Assembly: GCA_963787445.1 (NCBI GenBank)
Contig: CAWBCT010000005.1
Span: 492,764-556,763, forward strand
Source: an uncultured archaeon
GTDB taxonomy: Archaea > Micrarchaeota > Micrarchaeia > Micrarchaeales > CABMGC01
DNA: 64,000 bases
Direction: 5' to 3'
Part shown: one piece after another, positions 16,978-25,987 of the stretch
How the letters are laid out: the number at the start of each line of letters is the position of its first letter
How positions within the stretch are numbered: the stretch's first letter is position 1
Notes under the pieces: generated by a model
The model's input: the letters and a program-made list of their open reading frames with translations, nothing else
What the model was told of the DNA's origin: nothing
Database searches by the model: none
Made by a program: the position numbers and the translations under genes

Positions 16978-18576
16978 CTACTCAGGCGGCAAAAATCTGG
17001 TGGTGTAGCCGAGCAGATATCCAAACACGGGCCCAAGCACCGGCATGGTGCTGCTTGCGCCCTTCAGGAGCTCCAGGTCGCTCCTCTCCACGCCGTGCAG
17101 CAGTGCCGCCACTACCGGGTAGATGATTAGGTACAGCACGATGCCCACTGCGATCGTCAGGGCGTAGGACACCACACCCAGGAACGGGGAAGCCAGGCTC
17201 AGCACCAGGGCGACAATTCCCGCCACAACCAGGTTCGCGAGCAGCAGCTGCAGGATCTTGCGGAACCGTATCTTTGCCTCCGCCGATCCGGTCTTCCACA
17301 GGTAGTTGACGTACAGCGCGGCCAGGATGAAGTTGCCCAGGTAAAACACGGCGGCTATCATGCCCACGACGCCGAAGTAGTAGGTGAGGGAGATCATGGC
17401 AATCAGCTCCAGAACCCCAGATATTATCGCGTACTTGAGCACCTTCCTGGTGTTGCCCTCCCCGATCAGGAGGTTAGGTCCGAAGTTTGCCACAACAATG
17501 ATCAGCAGGCTCACAGCTATGAGCTGCAGGTACGGGGTGGCCCCAAGATAGGCGGCGCCGAAGAAGAGCAGGATAAGCGGCTGCGCGAAGATCACGACCA
17601 GCATTATCGCCGGGGTCGCAAAGACGAGGCTGAAGTAGACCGAGTAGTAGAACAGCCTCTCCACATTTATCCCTGACCGCCTGCGCCCGAAGGCCTCGGA
17701 GAACATCGGTATCAGGGCAAGCGCAATCGAGGCCCCGAACAGGTCCAAGGAGGCGCCGATCTTCTGGGCTATCCCGTAAAAGCCTATGATTGAGGGGATC
17801 TCGAAGAAACCCAGGTAGATGACCGAGAAGTACAGGAGCACGGTGCTTATCATGCCGGAAAGCGTGAGGTGCTTGGCAAAGTTTATCGTCTCCTTCATGC
17901 GCTTGAACATCCCATTGAACTTGAACTTCAGCGGGTACTTCCTGTGCACCAGGTAGAGCTGGAGCAGGAAGCTCACGGCGAGGCCCGCGGAGAACCCGAG
18001 CAGCGCGCCGATCACTCCGTAGCCCAGCAGGATGAGGCCGATGCTGACCAGCGCCTGGACTACCGAGTGGACGACCGCCGCGCCGGCAGCCTTCTCGCTG
18101 TGGTTTATGCTTATAAGCGCATCGCTGAACGTGTTGAAGGAGAGGTTGAACACTATTGCTATGAGCCCTATGTCGAGCGCGTAGATGTAGAGGGTCGTGT
18201 TCAGGAAGTAGGTTGAGATCTGGTTTCCGAGCGCGATACAAAGAACAACCAGTCCGCCACCCAGAAGGACTGACAGCAGCAGCGCATCGCCCATGGCCAC
18301 GCCGATCTCATCCGTCTTATTCTTCGCCTTGAGGCGGGGAATGTGCTCCTTGAGGAACGGCCCTATGTTCGGGTTTCCCAGGGTCGTTATGAATGCTACC
18401 ACGCTCGTGATAAGCACGTATATGCCGTAATTGTGCGGAGCCAGCAGCCGCGCTACCACCACGAACATCGCCGCGCTGATTATCAGTGCCAGCACTCGTC
18501 CCGAGATAAGAAATGAGGCGGCCTTTGCGGTCCTGAGGCCCAGCTCCTCGGTCGCGCTCTGCTTGTCAAGAACCAT
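16978..18576 (-). CDS. MOP-superfamily oligosaccharide/polysaccharide flippase (Wzx-like)
   Basis: About 530 aa with at least 12 predicted TM helices. The N-terminal RTAKAASFLISGRVLALIISAAMFVVVARLL is typical of Wzx/polysaccharide biosynthesis proteins. ATG 18576 overlaps the upstream gene's stop. Confidence 0.7.
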   Translation of the reverse strand: MVLDKQSATEELGLRTAKAASFLISGRVLALIISAAMFVVVARLLAPHNYGIYVLITSVVAFITTLGNPNIGPFLKEHIPRLKAKNKTDEIGVAMGDALLLSVLLGGGLVVLCIALGNQISTYFLNTTLYIYALDIGLIAIVFNLSFNTFSDALISINHSEKAAGAAVVHSVVQALVSIGLILLGYGVIGALLGFSAGLAVSFLLQLYLVHRKYPLKFKFNGMFKRMKETINFAKHLTLSGMISTVLLYFSVIYLGFFEIPSIIGFYGIAQKIGASLDLFGASIALALIPMFSEAFGRRRSGINVERLFYYSVYFSLVFATPAIMLVVIFAQPLILLFFGAAYLGATPYLQLIAVSLLIIVVANFGPNLLIGEGNTRKVLKYAIISGVLELIAMISLTYYFGVVGMIAAVFYLGNFILAALYVNYLWKTGSAEAKIRFRKILQLLLANLVVAGIVALVLSLASPFLGVVSYALTIAVGIVLYLIIYPVVAALLHGVERSDLELLKGASSTMPVLGPVFGYLLGYTTRFLPPE

Positions 18577-20161
18577 GGGAGACACCCTCGTGCGGAAGGA
18601 AGCGCTGCGTATATGCGCAGAACCAGGCCATTATCCCTCCGAATATCCTTATCCTGGCCGAGTACTCGACAAGCATCCTGAGGTCCTTGCTCTCCACCAG
18701 CTTCAGGAGGCCGAGCATCGCGGGATACACCGCGGCCAGTATGATGATTCCCGCGATGAGCTCCAGCACCGATGAGCCCAGGAGCAAAGCCGCTGCCAAT
18801 GGGATCGCGAGCACCAGGTTCACGACTGTTATCTTGGCCATCTTCCAGTACTCAAGGTGCGCCTTCAGTTCGTCCTTTGCGAGTTTTATGAGGAAGAGGT
18901 CAGTCGCGACATTTCCTATGAGGAAGATTGCGACTATGCTACCAACCACCGTAAAGGTGGGCGTCAGGGCCACCAGCGCCACAAGCTCAATTATCGTCGC
19001 CGCAAAGTTGTAGAGAAGGAATTTTCTGGTCAGTCCGCGCGCCGCTATAAGGCTGCCCAGGAAGTAGCCTATCATGCTGATTGCGGTTCCGAATGCGATG
19101 AGCGTAAGATAGAGCGGTGCAGCGGCGTAGCTCGCGGAGAAGAAGAGCGTGATCTCCGGCCGCGCCAGCACCCCCACGTAGATTATGAGCGGCAGCGTGA
19201 GTGTCAGCGAGTATAGCATGATCTTGTTGTAGGTCTGCTGAAGGTGCTTCTTCTTCCCTGCCGCTTCCGCGGCCGCGAAGGTGGGCACAAGGACGTTGCT
19301 CATGGTTGAGTAAAGCACAGCCATCAGGCTTATCCCCTTCAATGCCACCCCATAGTTTCCCAATATCGTAGTGCTTACAAAAAAACCAAGAAACAAGATG
19401 GAAAAGTTCTGCGTTGCGACATTAAGCACGCTGTTGGCACCCAACGGGGCGGCAAAGTTGAACGCCTCGCAAAACTCCTGCCAGGACGGAAGCCTGGCCC
19501 TGAAGCCCGAGAACGCCCGCGCAGCCTTGAACATGTATGCCACTGCGACGATGGTCCCTACCACATACCCGATAAGCATTGCCACTATCGCGCCGTTGAG
19601 CCCGTATCCTGCCAGCAGCAGCGTGACTATCAGGACCAGCTGCACAATGTCTATCAGTATCGTTGTCAATGCGGCTTCAAATGGCTTGGAGAAGCCGATG
19701 AGGCCTCCAACCGTGCTGTTCTGCACCATCAGGAAGAAGATGGTCAGGGAGGCGAGAACCAAGCTGGTAGTCGTAATTCCCACGCTTGTGAACAAGACCG
19801 TCGCTGCGTAGCCGCTCAAGACCACTGCGACCAGCGTAAGTATGACAGCCATCACGAGCAGAACGCCATAGCCTGATGCTATCGTCCGCGTTATGCCTTT
19901 TGCATCCTTGTTATAGGCGTACTTTGAGAGGTTCTTCCCGAACCAGGAGGCTATCCCGAAGTTGCCCGAAGCGCTCAGCAGCCCGGAGAAGCCGAATGCG
20001 AACACAAAAAGGCCGTAGGTGCCGGGCCCGAGCATGCGCGTGAGCACAACGAAGCTGCCAACGGTTATCAGGATGTTGAACAGCTGGCCCACGTAAAGCA
20101 GCGAGAGCGAGCGTGCGGTTGTGCTCCCAAGCCTTTGCCCACCAGCTCTTTTACGGTCCAT
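18566..20161 (-). CDS. second MOP-superfamily flippase (Wzx-like)
   Basis: Polytopic. ARSLSLLYVGQLFNILITVGSFVVLTRML parallels the neighbouring flippase. The start is uncertain, with candidates at 20161, 20173 and 20212. Confidence 0.65.
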   Translation of the reverse strand: MDRKRAGGQRLGSTTARSLSLLYVGQLFNILITVGSFVVLTRMLGPGTYGLFVFAFGFSGLLSASGNFGIASWFGKNLSKYAYNKDAKGITRTIASGYGVLLVMAVILTLVAVVLSGYAATVLFTSVGITTTSLVLASLTIFFLMVQNSTVGGLIGFSKPFEAALTTILIDIVQLVLIVTLLLAGYGLNGAIVAMLIGYVVGTIVAVAYMFKAARAFSGFRARLPSWQEFCEAFNFAAPLGANSVLNVATQNFSILFLGFFVSTTILGNYGVALKGISLMAVLYSTMSNVLVPTFAAAEAAGKKKHLQQTYNKIMLYSLTLTLPLIIYVGVLARPEITLFFSASYAAAPLYLTLIAFGTAISMIGYFLGSLIAARGLTRKFLLYNFAATIIELVALVALTPTFTVVGSIVAIFLIGNVATDLFLIKLAKDELKAHLEYWKMAKITVVNLVLAIPLAAALLLGSSVLELIAGIIILAAVYPAMLGLLKLVESKDLRMLVEYSARIRIFGGIMAWFCAYTQRFLPHEGVSHGS

Positions 20162-20221
20162 CGATCCACGCATTAACGCCGAACATCTCGCTATCTTTTT
20201 ATTCTTTATCATGCACAACTA

Positions 20222-20229
20222 TTTATAAA
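20222..20229 (+). promoter_or_regulatory. TATA box in the divergent intergenic region (GT-C-like gene; near-palindromic, may serve both directions)
   Basis: tttataaa lies about 30 nt upstream of ATG 20257. Confidence 0.4.
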
Positions 20230-20256
20230 GTTGCACTGTCACTTTTGGCTGTTCAA

Positions 20257-22524
20257 ATGAAGCTTGACCTAAACTCCGCCCGCGCCTTTGTGCATAAGCA
20301 CAGGGAGTACTTCATCGCCTCGGCGATCTACCTGGTCATAGCACTGATAATGTTCTGGAACATCACCGCGAACATCGCCGGCAGCGTGGTCAACGGCGGC
20401 GGAGACGTGTACCAGAGCCTCTGGGGGCTGTGGTGGGTGCCCTTCTCCACGTTCGTCCTCCACCAGTCCGCCTACTTTACCAGTTATATACTGTATCCTG
20501 TGGGCGCAAACCTCGTCAGCCAGACCATGGTGCCCCTGGCCGGCATCCTCACGGCACCGCTGCAGGTCGCGGGACTGGCCTTCACCTACAACTTCCTTCT
20601 CTTCACCAGCTTCATGCTCTCCGGACTGTTCATGTACATGTTGGCAAAGTACCTTACCAAGAACATGTACGCCGCCTTCATAGCAGGACTGATCTTCGCC
20701 TTCAGCCCCATGCACATAGCCCAGTCCTACTCCCACCTGCAGTGGACGATAATAGAGTTCATCCCACTCTTCACCCTCTTCTTCCTGATGGCGCTCCGGG
20801 AGCACAGGAAGAGATACGCGATACTCGCAGGAATCAGCTTCGTGCTGCTGACCTTTGCAGGCGACATAGAACAGGGGATCATGATGGTCTTCTTTGTACT
20901 GGTCAGCCTCGTCCTACTCCTGATACTTGACCGGAAGGAGGTGCTCAACAGAAAGTCAATCAAAAACCTTGTAATAATGGCGGGCGTTGCCATCGTGCTG
21001 AGCCTCCCGTTCCTGCTCCCGATACTGAGCAGCTTCACCTCCTCAACCCTGAACAACGCCAACCAGCTCACCGACACGGCCCACAACCTACTCTACAGCG
21101 CAAACATCTACTCCTTCCTCCTCCCAAGCTACTACAACGGCCTCTTCCACGGGCTCTCCCTGGGCTACTACAACCAGACCTACGGCCTGGTCTACCTGGG
21201 CAGCCAGTACTCGCCCGACGCCACCGAGAAGATAGCGTATCTGGGCTACAGCGTCCTTATCCTTGGCATCATCGGTCTTTTTGCCTGCCTAAAGAAGAAC
21301 AGGAAGCAGGCAATCTTCTGGTCTGCGATATTCGTGATATTCGTCCTCATGGCACTCGGCCCGCTGATCCAGCTCTCGGGCACCGCCGTATCAGGAATAC
21401 CCTCCCTGTACGCGCTTTACAAGAACATACCCCTCTTCAACCTTATCCGCGAGCCCGGGCGGTTTGATGTGATAGTGACCCTGGCCCTCGCGATCTTCGC
21501 GGCCCTGGGGGTAGAGAAGCTCTACGAGTCAAACCACGCGAACAAGAACTGGATGCTCTACGTCGCGGCCATCGCCATAATAATCCTTATAGAGTACAAC
21601 GGGATGCCGCTCTCCGCCAGCTTCGCAAACTCGCTGACCGCCCCGGCAACCATCCCGCTCGCCTACTCGCAAATAGGCAAGGTCAATACAAACTTCACGA
21701 TCCTGAACCTGCCGGCCCTGCCCAACGCGACCGGAAGCTATCTCTATCCGGGAGTGTCGATGTTCTACGGGACCGCGGCGCGGAAACCAGTTGTAGGAGG
21801 CTATGCGACGCGCATGAACGCAACGCAGGAGGCGAGCCTGGAGAACATACCCCTGATAGTCTCGTCAAGCTACCTGCAGGACGGGCAGGGCCTGGTCTTC
21901 CCGTACCCTATACACGAGAACTACACGGCCCTCACCACCCTCTGGCTCACGGAGTACAACGTGGGCTTCGTCTCTGTCCTAAAGAGCGCCTACACCCCTA
22001 CCGAGTTTGGCCTCCTTGAGAGCTACCTGGACAGCTTCCTGGGCAGCCCGATCTACCAGGACAACAACGTCACCATCTTCTCCACGACAGCCGCCTCCGC
22101 CGGCGCGGGCAAGACACTAACCTCCTATGCGGTCGGCACCTGGCTGCCAGGATACACGTTCTGCTCAGGCTCGTCCTACTGCAACCCACAGCTGGGCACC
22201 GCCTGGTGGGGAGACAACCTGCGCGCCGTCACCATCTTCTCACCGCAGGCACAGAACGTGACCATGCAGCTGGTAGGGCTTTCCTACTACCCTCTTGCAC
22301 CGGTCTCCGTGTACGACAACGGCAAGCTTCTGACCACGCTGAACTTCACCAACGAGACCGCCACGAACGCGACCTACAGCCTCAACGTGGGCCTTGCCTA
22401 CGGCTTCAACCAGGTCGAGTTCTACGAGTCAAACCAGACCCTTTACCAGCAGAACCCCTACTATGCCGAGAACCCCTACATCAACTACGGCATAAGGAAC
22501 ATAACCTTCCTCAAAACCGGCTAA
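20257..22524 (+). CDS. large polytopic membrane protein with extracytoplasmic C-terminal domain, GT-C-fold glycosyltransferase-like (YfhO/ArnT-like); not a recognisable AglB
   Basis: About 12 TM helices, then a roughly 280-aa sequon-rich soluble domain. The first loop carries an acidic motif, GGGDVYQS. I saw no WWDYG motif. The start is set at ATG 20257, and the track's extension to 20113 overlaps the flippase gene. Confidence 0.5.
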   Translation: MKLDLNSARAFVHKHREYFIASAIYLVIALIMFWNITANIAGSVVNGGGDVYQSLWGLWWVPFSTFVLHQSAYFTSYILYPVGANLVSQTMVPLAGILTAPLQVAGLAFTYNFLLFTSFMLSGLFMYMLAKYLTKNMYAAFIAGLIFAFSPMHIAQSYSHLQWTIIEFIPLFTLFFLMALREHRKRYAILAGISFVLLTFAGDIEQGIMMVFFVLVSLVLLLILDRKEVLNRKSIKNLVIMAGVAIVLSLPFLLPILSSFTSSTLNNANQLTDTAHNLLYSANIYSFLLPSYYNGLFHGLSLGYYNQTYGLVYLGSQYSPDATEKIAYLGYSVLILGIIGLFACLKKNRKQAIFWSAIFVIFVLMALGPLIQLSGTAVSGIPSLYALYKNIPLFNLIREPGRFDVIVTLALAIFAALGVEKLYESNHANKNWMLYVAAIAIIILIEYNGMPLSASFANSLTAPATIPLAYSQIGKVNTNFTILNLPALPNATGSYLYPGVSMFYGTAARKPVVGGYATRMNATQEASLENIPLIVSSSYLQDGQGLVFPYPIHENYTALTTLWLTEYNVGFVSVLKSAYTPTEFGLLESYLDSFLGSPIYQDNNVTIFSTTAASAGAGKTLTSYAVGTWLPGYTFCSGSSYCNPQLGTAWWGDNLRAVTIFSPQAQNVTMQLVGLSYYPLAPVSVYDNGKLLTTLNFTNETATNATYSLNVGLAYGFNQVEFYESNQTLYQQNPYYAENPYINYGIRNITFLKTG

Positions 22525-22678
22525 AGGTCAAGGAGCCAGGCCGATGGCCCAATACCCAATTTGATACCGCTTTTTGTACCTTACCTGGTTTTACTCTCGG
22601 AAAAAGATACCAGAAGCGTCCGAATTAACAGAGAACCTTTAAATAGTTTTCTAACCTGTGTTCTAATTGGGGAAGACC

Positions 22679-22924
22679 ATGGGGATAGAAGAACTAGTGG
22701 AAGGGAAGATGTATGACCTGCACCTTGACGCAAGGAACCCGAAAGGGGAAGGGATCGGCCACATAAATGATGTGGTCGTACTGGTGCGGAACGCAAATGC
22801 GCGCATAGGCAAGACGCACAAGGTGCGCATTACCAAGTTGCACCGCACATTCGCCTACGCCGAGCTGGACGACTCGGCGCCGGGCAGCAAGTATTTTATA
22901 GGTAATGGTAGCTTATTAGTATAA
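22679..22924 (+). CDS. TRAM-domain RNA-binding protein
   Basis: VEGKMYDLHLDARNPKGEGIGHINDVVVLVRNANARIGKTHKVRITKLHRTFAYAEL is the typical stand-alone archaeal TRAM fold pattern. TATA tttaaatag lies at 22638-22646. Confidence 0.75.
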   Translation: MGIEELVEGKMYDLHLDARNPKGEGIGHINDVVVLVRNANARIGKTHKVRITKLHRTFAYAELDDSAPGSKYFIGNGSLLV

Positions 22925-23066
22925 GGCAATTTGTTTTTTCGCTTTTTGCCATTTTTTGATTTAGCCGAGGGAGCCTGAAGGGATTCCAAAGGCTGGTTTA
23001 CAAAAAGTTGCTCAAAAGATTTTATAAAAACACAATTTTCGCGTTTAAAAATGACCAGTTGATTTT

Positions 23067-23714
23067 ATGAGTTCTACAAACTACAGCAAAGAGATCTCAG
23101 ATGCTATAAAGCACGGAACCACGACCATCGCCCTGGTCTGCAACGACGGCGTTGTGCTGGGCTCGGACTTCCGCGCATCAGGCGGCACCTATATTTTCAG
23201 CTCAGAAGCGGTAAAGATACACAAGATAGACGAGCACCTGGGCATGACCATAGCAGGCGGCGTGGGAGACGCGGAGTACCTGGTCAAGGTGCTCAAGATG
23301 CAGAGCGAGATCTACAAGATGGACGAGAACAAGCCGATGTCGCCAAGGTCTGCAACATCAGTTCTTGCCCTAATCATGCAGGAGAACAAGATGTTCCCCT
23401 ATTACGTTGAACTGATAGTCGGAGGCCTGAACAAGGGCGTGCCGGAGATATTCAGCATAGACCCTGTGGGAGGCTATCTAAAGGAGTCAAAGTTCACGGC
23501 GACCGGCAGCGGGTCCATTGCGGCTATAGGTTACATAGAAGGCGCGTACCAGGAAGGGATGAGCACGGCAGAGGGTGCAAAGCACGTTGCAAAGGGACTG
23601 AAGATAGCGATGAAGCGCGACTCAGCAACCGGGGACGGCGTAAGATTAGTTGCGATAACGAAGAAGGGATACAAGGAGTACGCAAAGGATGACATAGAGA
23701 AGCTCCTGAAGTAA
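23067..23714 (+). CDS. psmB: proteasome subunit beta
   Basis: Propeptide, then HG|TTTIALVCNDGVVLGSD (catalytic Thr1). Confidence 0.9.
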   Translation: MSSTNYSKEISDAIKHGTTTIALVCNDGVVLGSDFRASGGTYIFSSEAVKIHKIDEHLGMTIAGGVGDAEYLVKVLKMQSEIYKMDENKPMSPRSATSVLALIMQENKMFPYYVELIVGGLNKGVPEIFSIDPVGGYLKESKFTATGSGSIAAIGYIEGAYQEGMSTAEGAKHVAKGLKIAMKRDSATGDGVRLVAITKKGYKEYAKDDIEKLLK

Positions 23715-23766
23715 CTCCAAAGCGACCATAATCGGATAGCATAATTACATGCAGAATTAATTCTAA

Positions 23767-25716
23767 GTGATACAATTGGATAGCGAGATTCCGGAAAGAA
23801 AAGACACCAAGGAGAAGATAAAGGAGCTCATGCCGCACGAGGCAGAGCTTTCTGAGATAGAGTTCGAAGGGCCCGACGTGGCGGTCTACGTGAGGAACAT
23901 AGCCCATGTCTACGCGGACGAGAGCATAATAAAGAACATCTCGGCGGCGATAAAGAAGAGACTCATAGTGCGCAGCGACCCGCGCGACCTGACCGACGAG
24001 GAGACAGCGCTGAAGAAGATAATCGCGATAATACCCCCTGATGCCGGCGTGACAGAGGAGGGGATACACTTCGATAAGGAGTTCTCGCAGGTTGTAATAG
24101 AGGCGATGAAGCCCGGCCTCGTAATCGGCAAGGGCGGCTCGACGCTGATAAAGATAATATCGGAGACCAACTGGGTCCCGAAAGTGCTCCGCATCCCGAC
24201 CATGTCCAGCGACGTGATAAAGGGAGTAAGACAGCTCATGCTCCGTGAGAGCGAGTTCCGAAAGAAGTTTTTGGTGGGGGTGGGCAAGAAGATCAACCAG
24301 CCCATGGTGAAGAGCGAGTGGCTGAAGGCCACGGCGCTTGGAGGCTTCAGAGAAGTAGGAAGAAGCTGCCTATTGCTTGAAACCAACCATTCAAAGATAC
24401 TGGTTGACTGCGGCATTAGCCCAGAGCCGGGGGTAAAAGGCATGGATCAGGCTGCCGGAGAAAACAAGGCCTTCCCGTACCTTGACAGCGCAAACCTTAC
24501 AATTAACGACCTTGATGCGGTGGTTCTGACCCACGCACACATGGACCACATCGGTTTCGTCCCATACCTGTTCAAGTTCGGATACAAGGGGCCGGTCTAC
24601 TGCACACCGCCATCACGTGATCTCGCAGCACTGCTTCTTTACGATTACACAAAGCTGGTGATGCGAACAGGAGGTACGCCGCTTTACGGAGAGAAGGACA
24701 TCAAGACAATGCTCATGCACATGGTTACCCGCGACTACGGTGAGGTAACCAACATAACCGATGAGATCAAGCTTACTTACCACAATGCGGGCCACGTCCT
24801 GGGCAGCGGCATAGTACACCTGCACGTTGGAGAGGGAATGTACAACATCGTTCACACAGGCGATATGAAGTACGGCTTCACAAGATTGTTTGACCAGGCC
24901 GACACAAGATATCCCCGCATTGACGCCCTATTCATGGAGAGCACCTATGGGGGACCCCGCGACATAGGCCACGAAAGACAGAGCACAGAAACCGAGCTGA
25001 TGGAGCTTGTGAAGCGCACAACAGACAATGGAGGAAAGGTCCTCATACCCCTATTTGCGGTAGGCCGTGCCCAGGAGATGCAGCTGGTGATGGAGCAGTA
25101 CATGTCCAACAACAAGAGCTACAAGGTGGAGGCACCGGTCTTCCTGGACGGAATGATACTCGAGGCGAGCGCCATACACACCGCCTATCCCGAGTACCTG
25201 AAGATGAGCCTCAGGCACCGCATACTTAACAACAACTCCCCGTTCGAGAGCGAGATCTTCGAGATAGCCAAGGGAGAGCGCAGCGAGATAATGGAGAAGG
25301 GACCGGCCGTAATACTCGCCAGCGGCGGCATGATGAACGGCGGAGTCAGCCTGGAATACTTCAAGGCCCTTGCAGAGGACCCGAAGAACCTCCTTGTCTT
25401 CGTAGGTTTCAACAGCGCCGGCTCTTTCGGAAGGCGCCTGCAGAACGGCCTTGCCGAGACTGCACTTCCAGGACCGGATGGAAAACTTGAGCAGATCAAG
25501 ATTAACATGCAGATAAAGACGATAGACGGCTTCTCGGGCCACAGCGACCGGGTCCAGTTGCTCAAGTTCGTGGAGAACCTGCGGCCTTCTGTGCGAAAGA
25601 TATACACCATGCACGGGGAGGAGAGCAAGTGCGATGACCTGGCGCGCACGCTGAGCAACCGATTCAGATTAGAGGCCCGTTCTCCAATGGACCTTGACAG
25701 CATACGGTTTAAGTAA
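23767..25716 (+). CDS. aCPSF1 beta-CASP ribonuclease (KH domains + metallo-beta-lactamase + beta-CASP)
   Basis: N-terminal KH region (VIGKGGSTL), the MBL motif LTHAHMDHIG, a beta-CASP segment, and C-terminal GFSGHSD. 649 aa. Confidence 0.9.
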   Translation: MIQLDSEIPERKDTKEKIKELMPHEAELSEIEFEGPDVAVYVRNIAHVYADESIIKNISAAIKKRLIVRSDPRDLTDEETALKKIIAIIPPDAGVTEEGIHFDKEFSQVVIEAMKPGLVIGKGGSTLIKIISETNWVPKVLRIPTMSSDVIKGVRQLMLRESEFRKKFLVGVGKKINQPMVKSEWLKATALGGFREVGRSCLLLETNHSKILVDCGISPEPGVKGMDQAAGENKAFPYLDSANLTINDLDAVVLTHAHMDHIGFVPYLFKFGYKGPVYCTPPSRDLAALLLYDYTKLVMRTGGTPLYGEKDIKTMLMHMVTRDYGEVTNITDEIKLTYHNAGHVLGSGIVHLHVGEGMYNIVHTGDMKYGFTRLFDQADTRYPRIDALFMESTYGGPRDIGHERQSTETELMELVKRTTDNGGKVLIPLFAVGRAQEMQLVMEQYMSNNKSYKVEAPVFLDGMILEASAIHTAYPEYLKMSLRHRILNNNSPFESEIFEIAKGERSEIMEKGPAVILASGGMMNGGVSLEYFKALAEDPKNLLVFVGFNSAGSFGRRLQNGLAETALPGPDGKLEQIKINMQIKTIDGFSGHSDRVQLLKFVENLRPSVRKIYTMHGEESKCDDLARTLSNRFRLEARSPMDLDSIRFK

Positions 25717-25719
25717 TGG

Positions 25720-25917
25720 CTAATCGCGGAAGTGCAGTTCTGTGTGGTTTCTTAGGCCGGCAAGCTCCTGTTCTGTAAGATGAGCCTCCCAGCGCGCCAG
25801 GCCTGCAAGGTCAGAACTGGATGGTTGTTTCCGCATGCTCCCAAGGAAGGGATCCAGGGATGGCCTAACGACTTCTTTCGGTTTTGATACTTTCTCTTTA
25901 GGAGCAACATTGCCCAT
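25720..25917 (-). CDS. small hypothetical protein (65 aa)
   Basis: The only ORF in the 270-nt gap between the convergent aCPSF1 and pyk genes. GGTGA lies 4 nt upstream of its ATG. No recognisable motif. Confidence 0.35.
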   Translation of the reverse strand: MGNVAPKEKVSKPKEVVRPSLDPFLGSMRKQPSSSDLAGLARWEAHLTEQELAGLRNHTELHFRD

Positions 25918-25987
25918 AATTTCACCGAGAATCCTTATCTCCCTTCGGATTTTTAAAAGTTATGTACGGAAGGCGTTACCTCTGCAC

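Noticed and set aside
20113-20256. Upstream extension of the GT-C-like ORF (track start 20113).
   Set aside because: It overlaps the 5' end of the divergent flippase gene and contains the TATA box. ATG 20257 gives a typical short cytoplasmic N-terminus before TM1.
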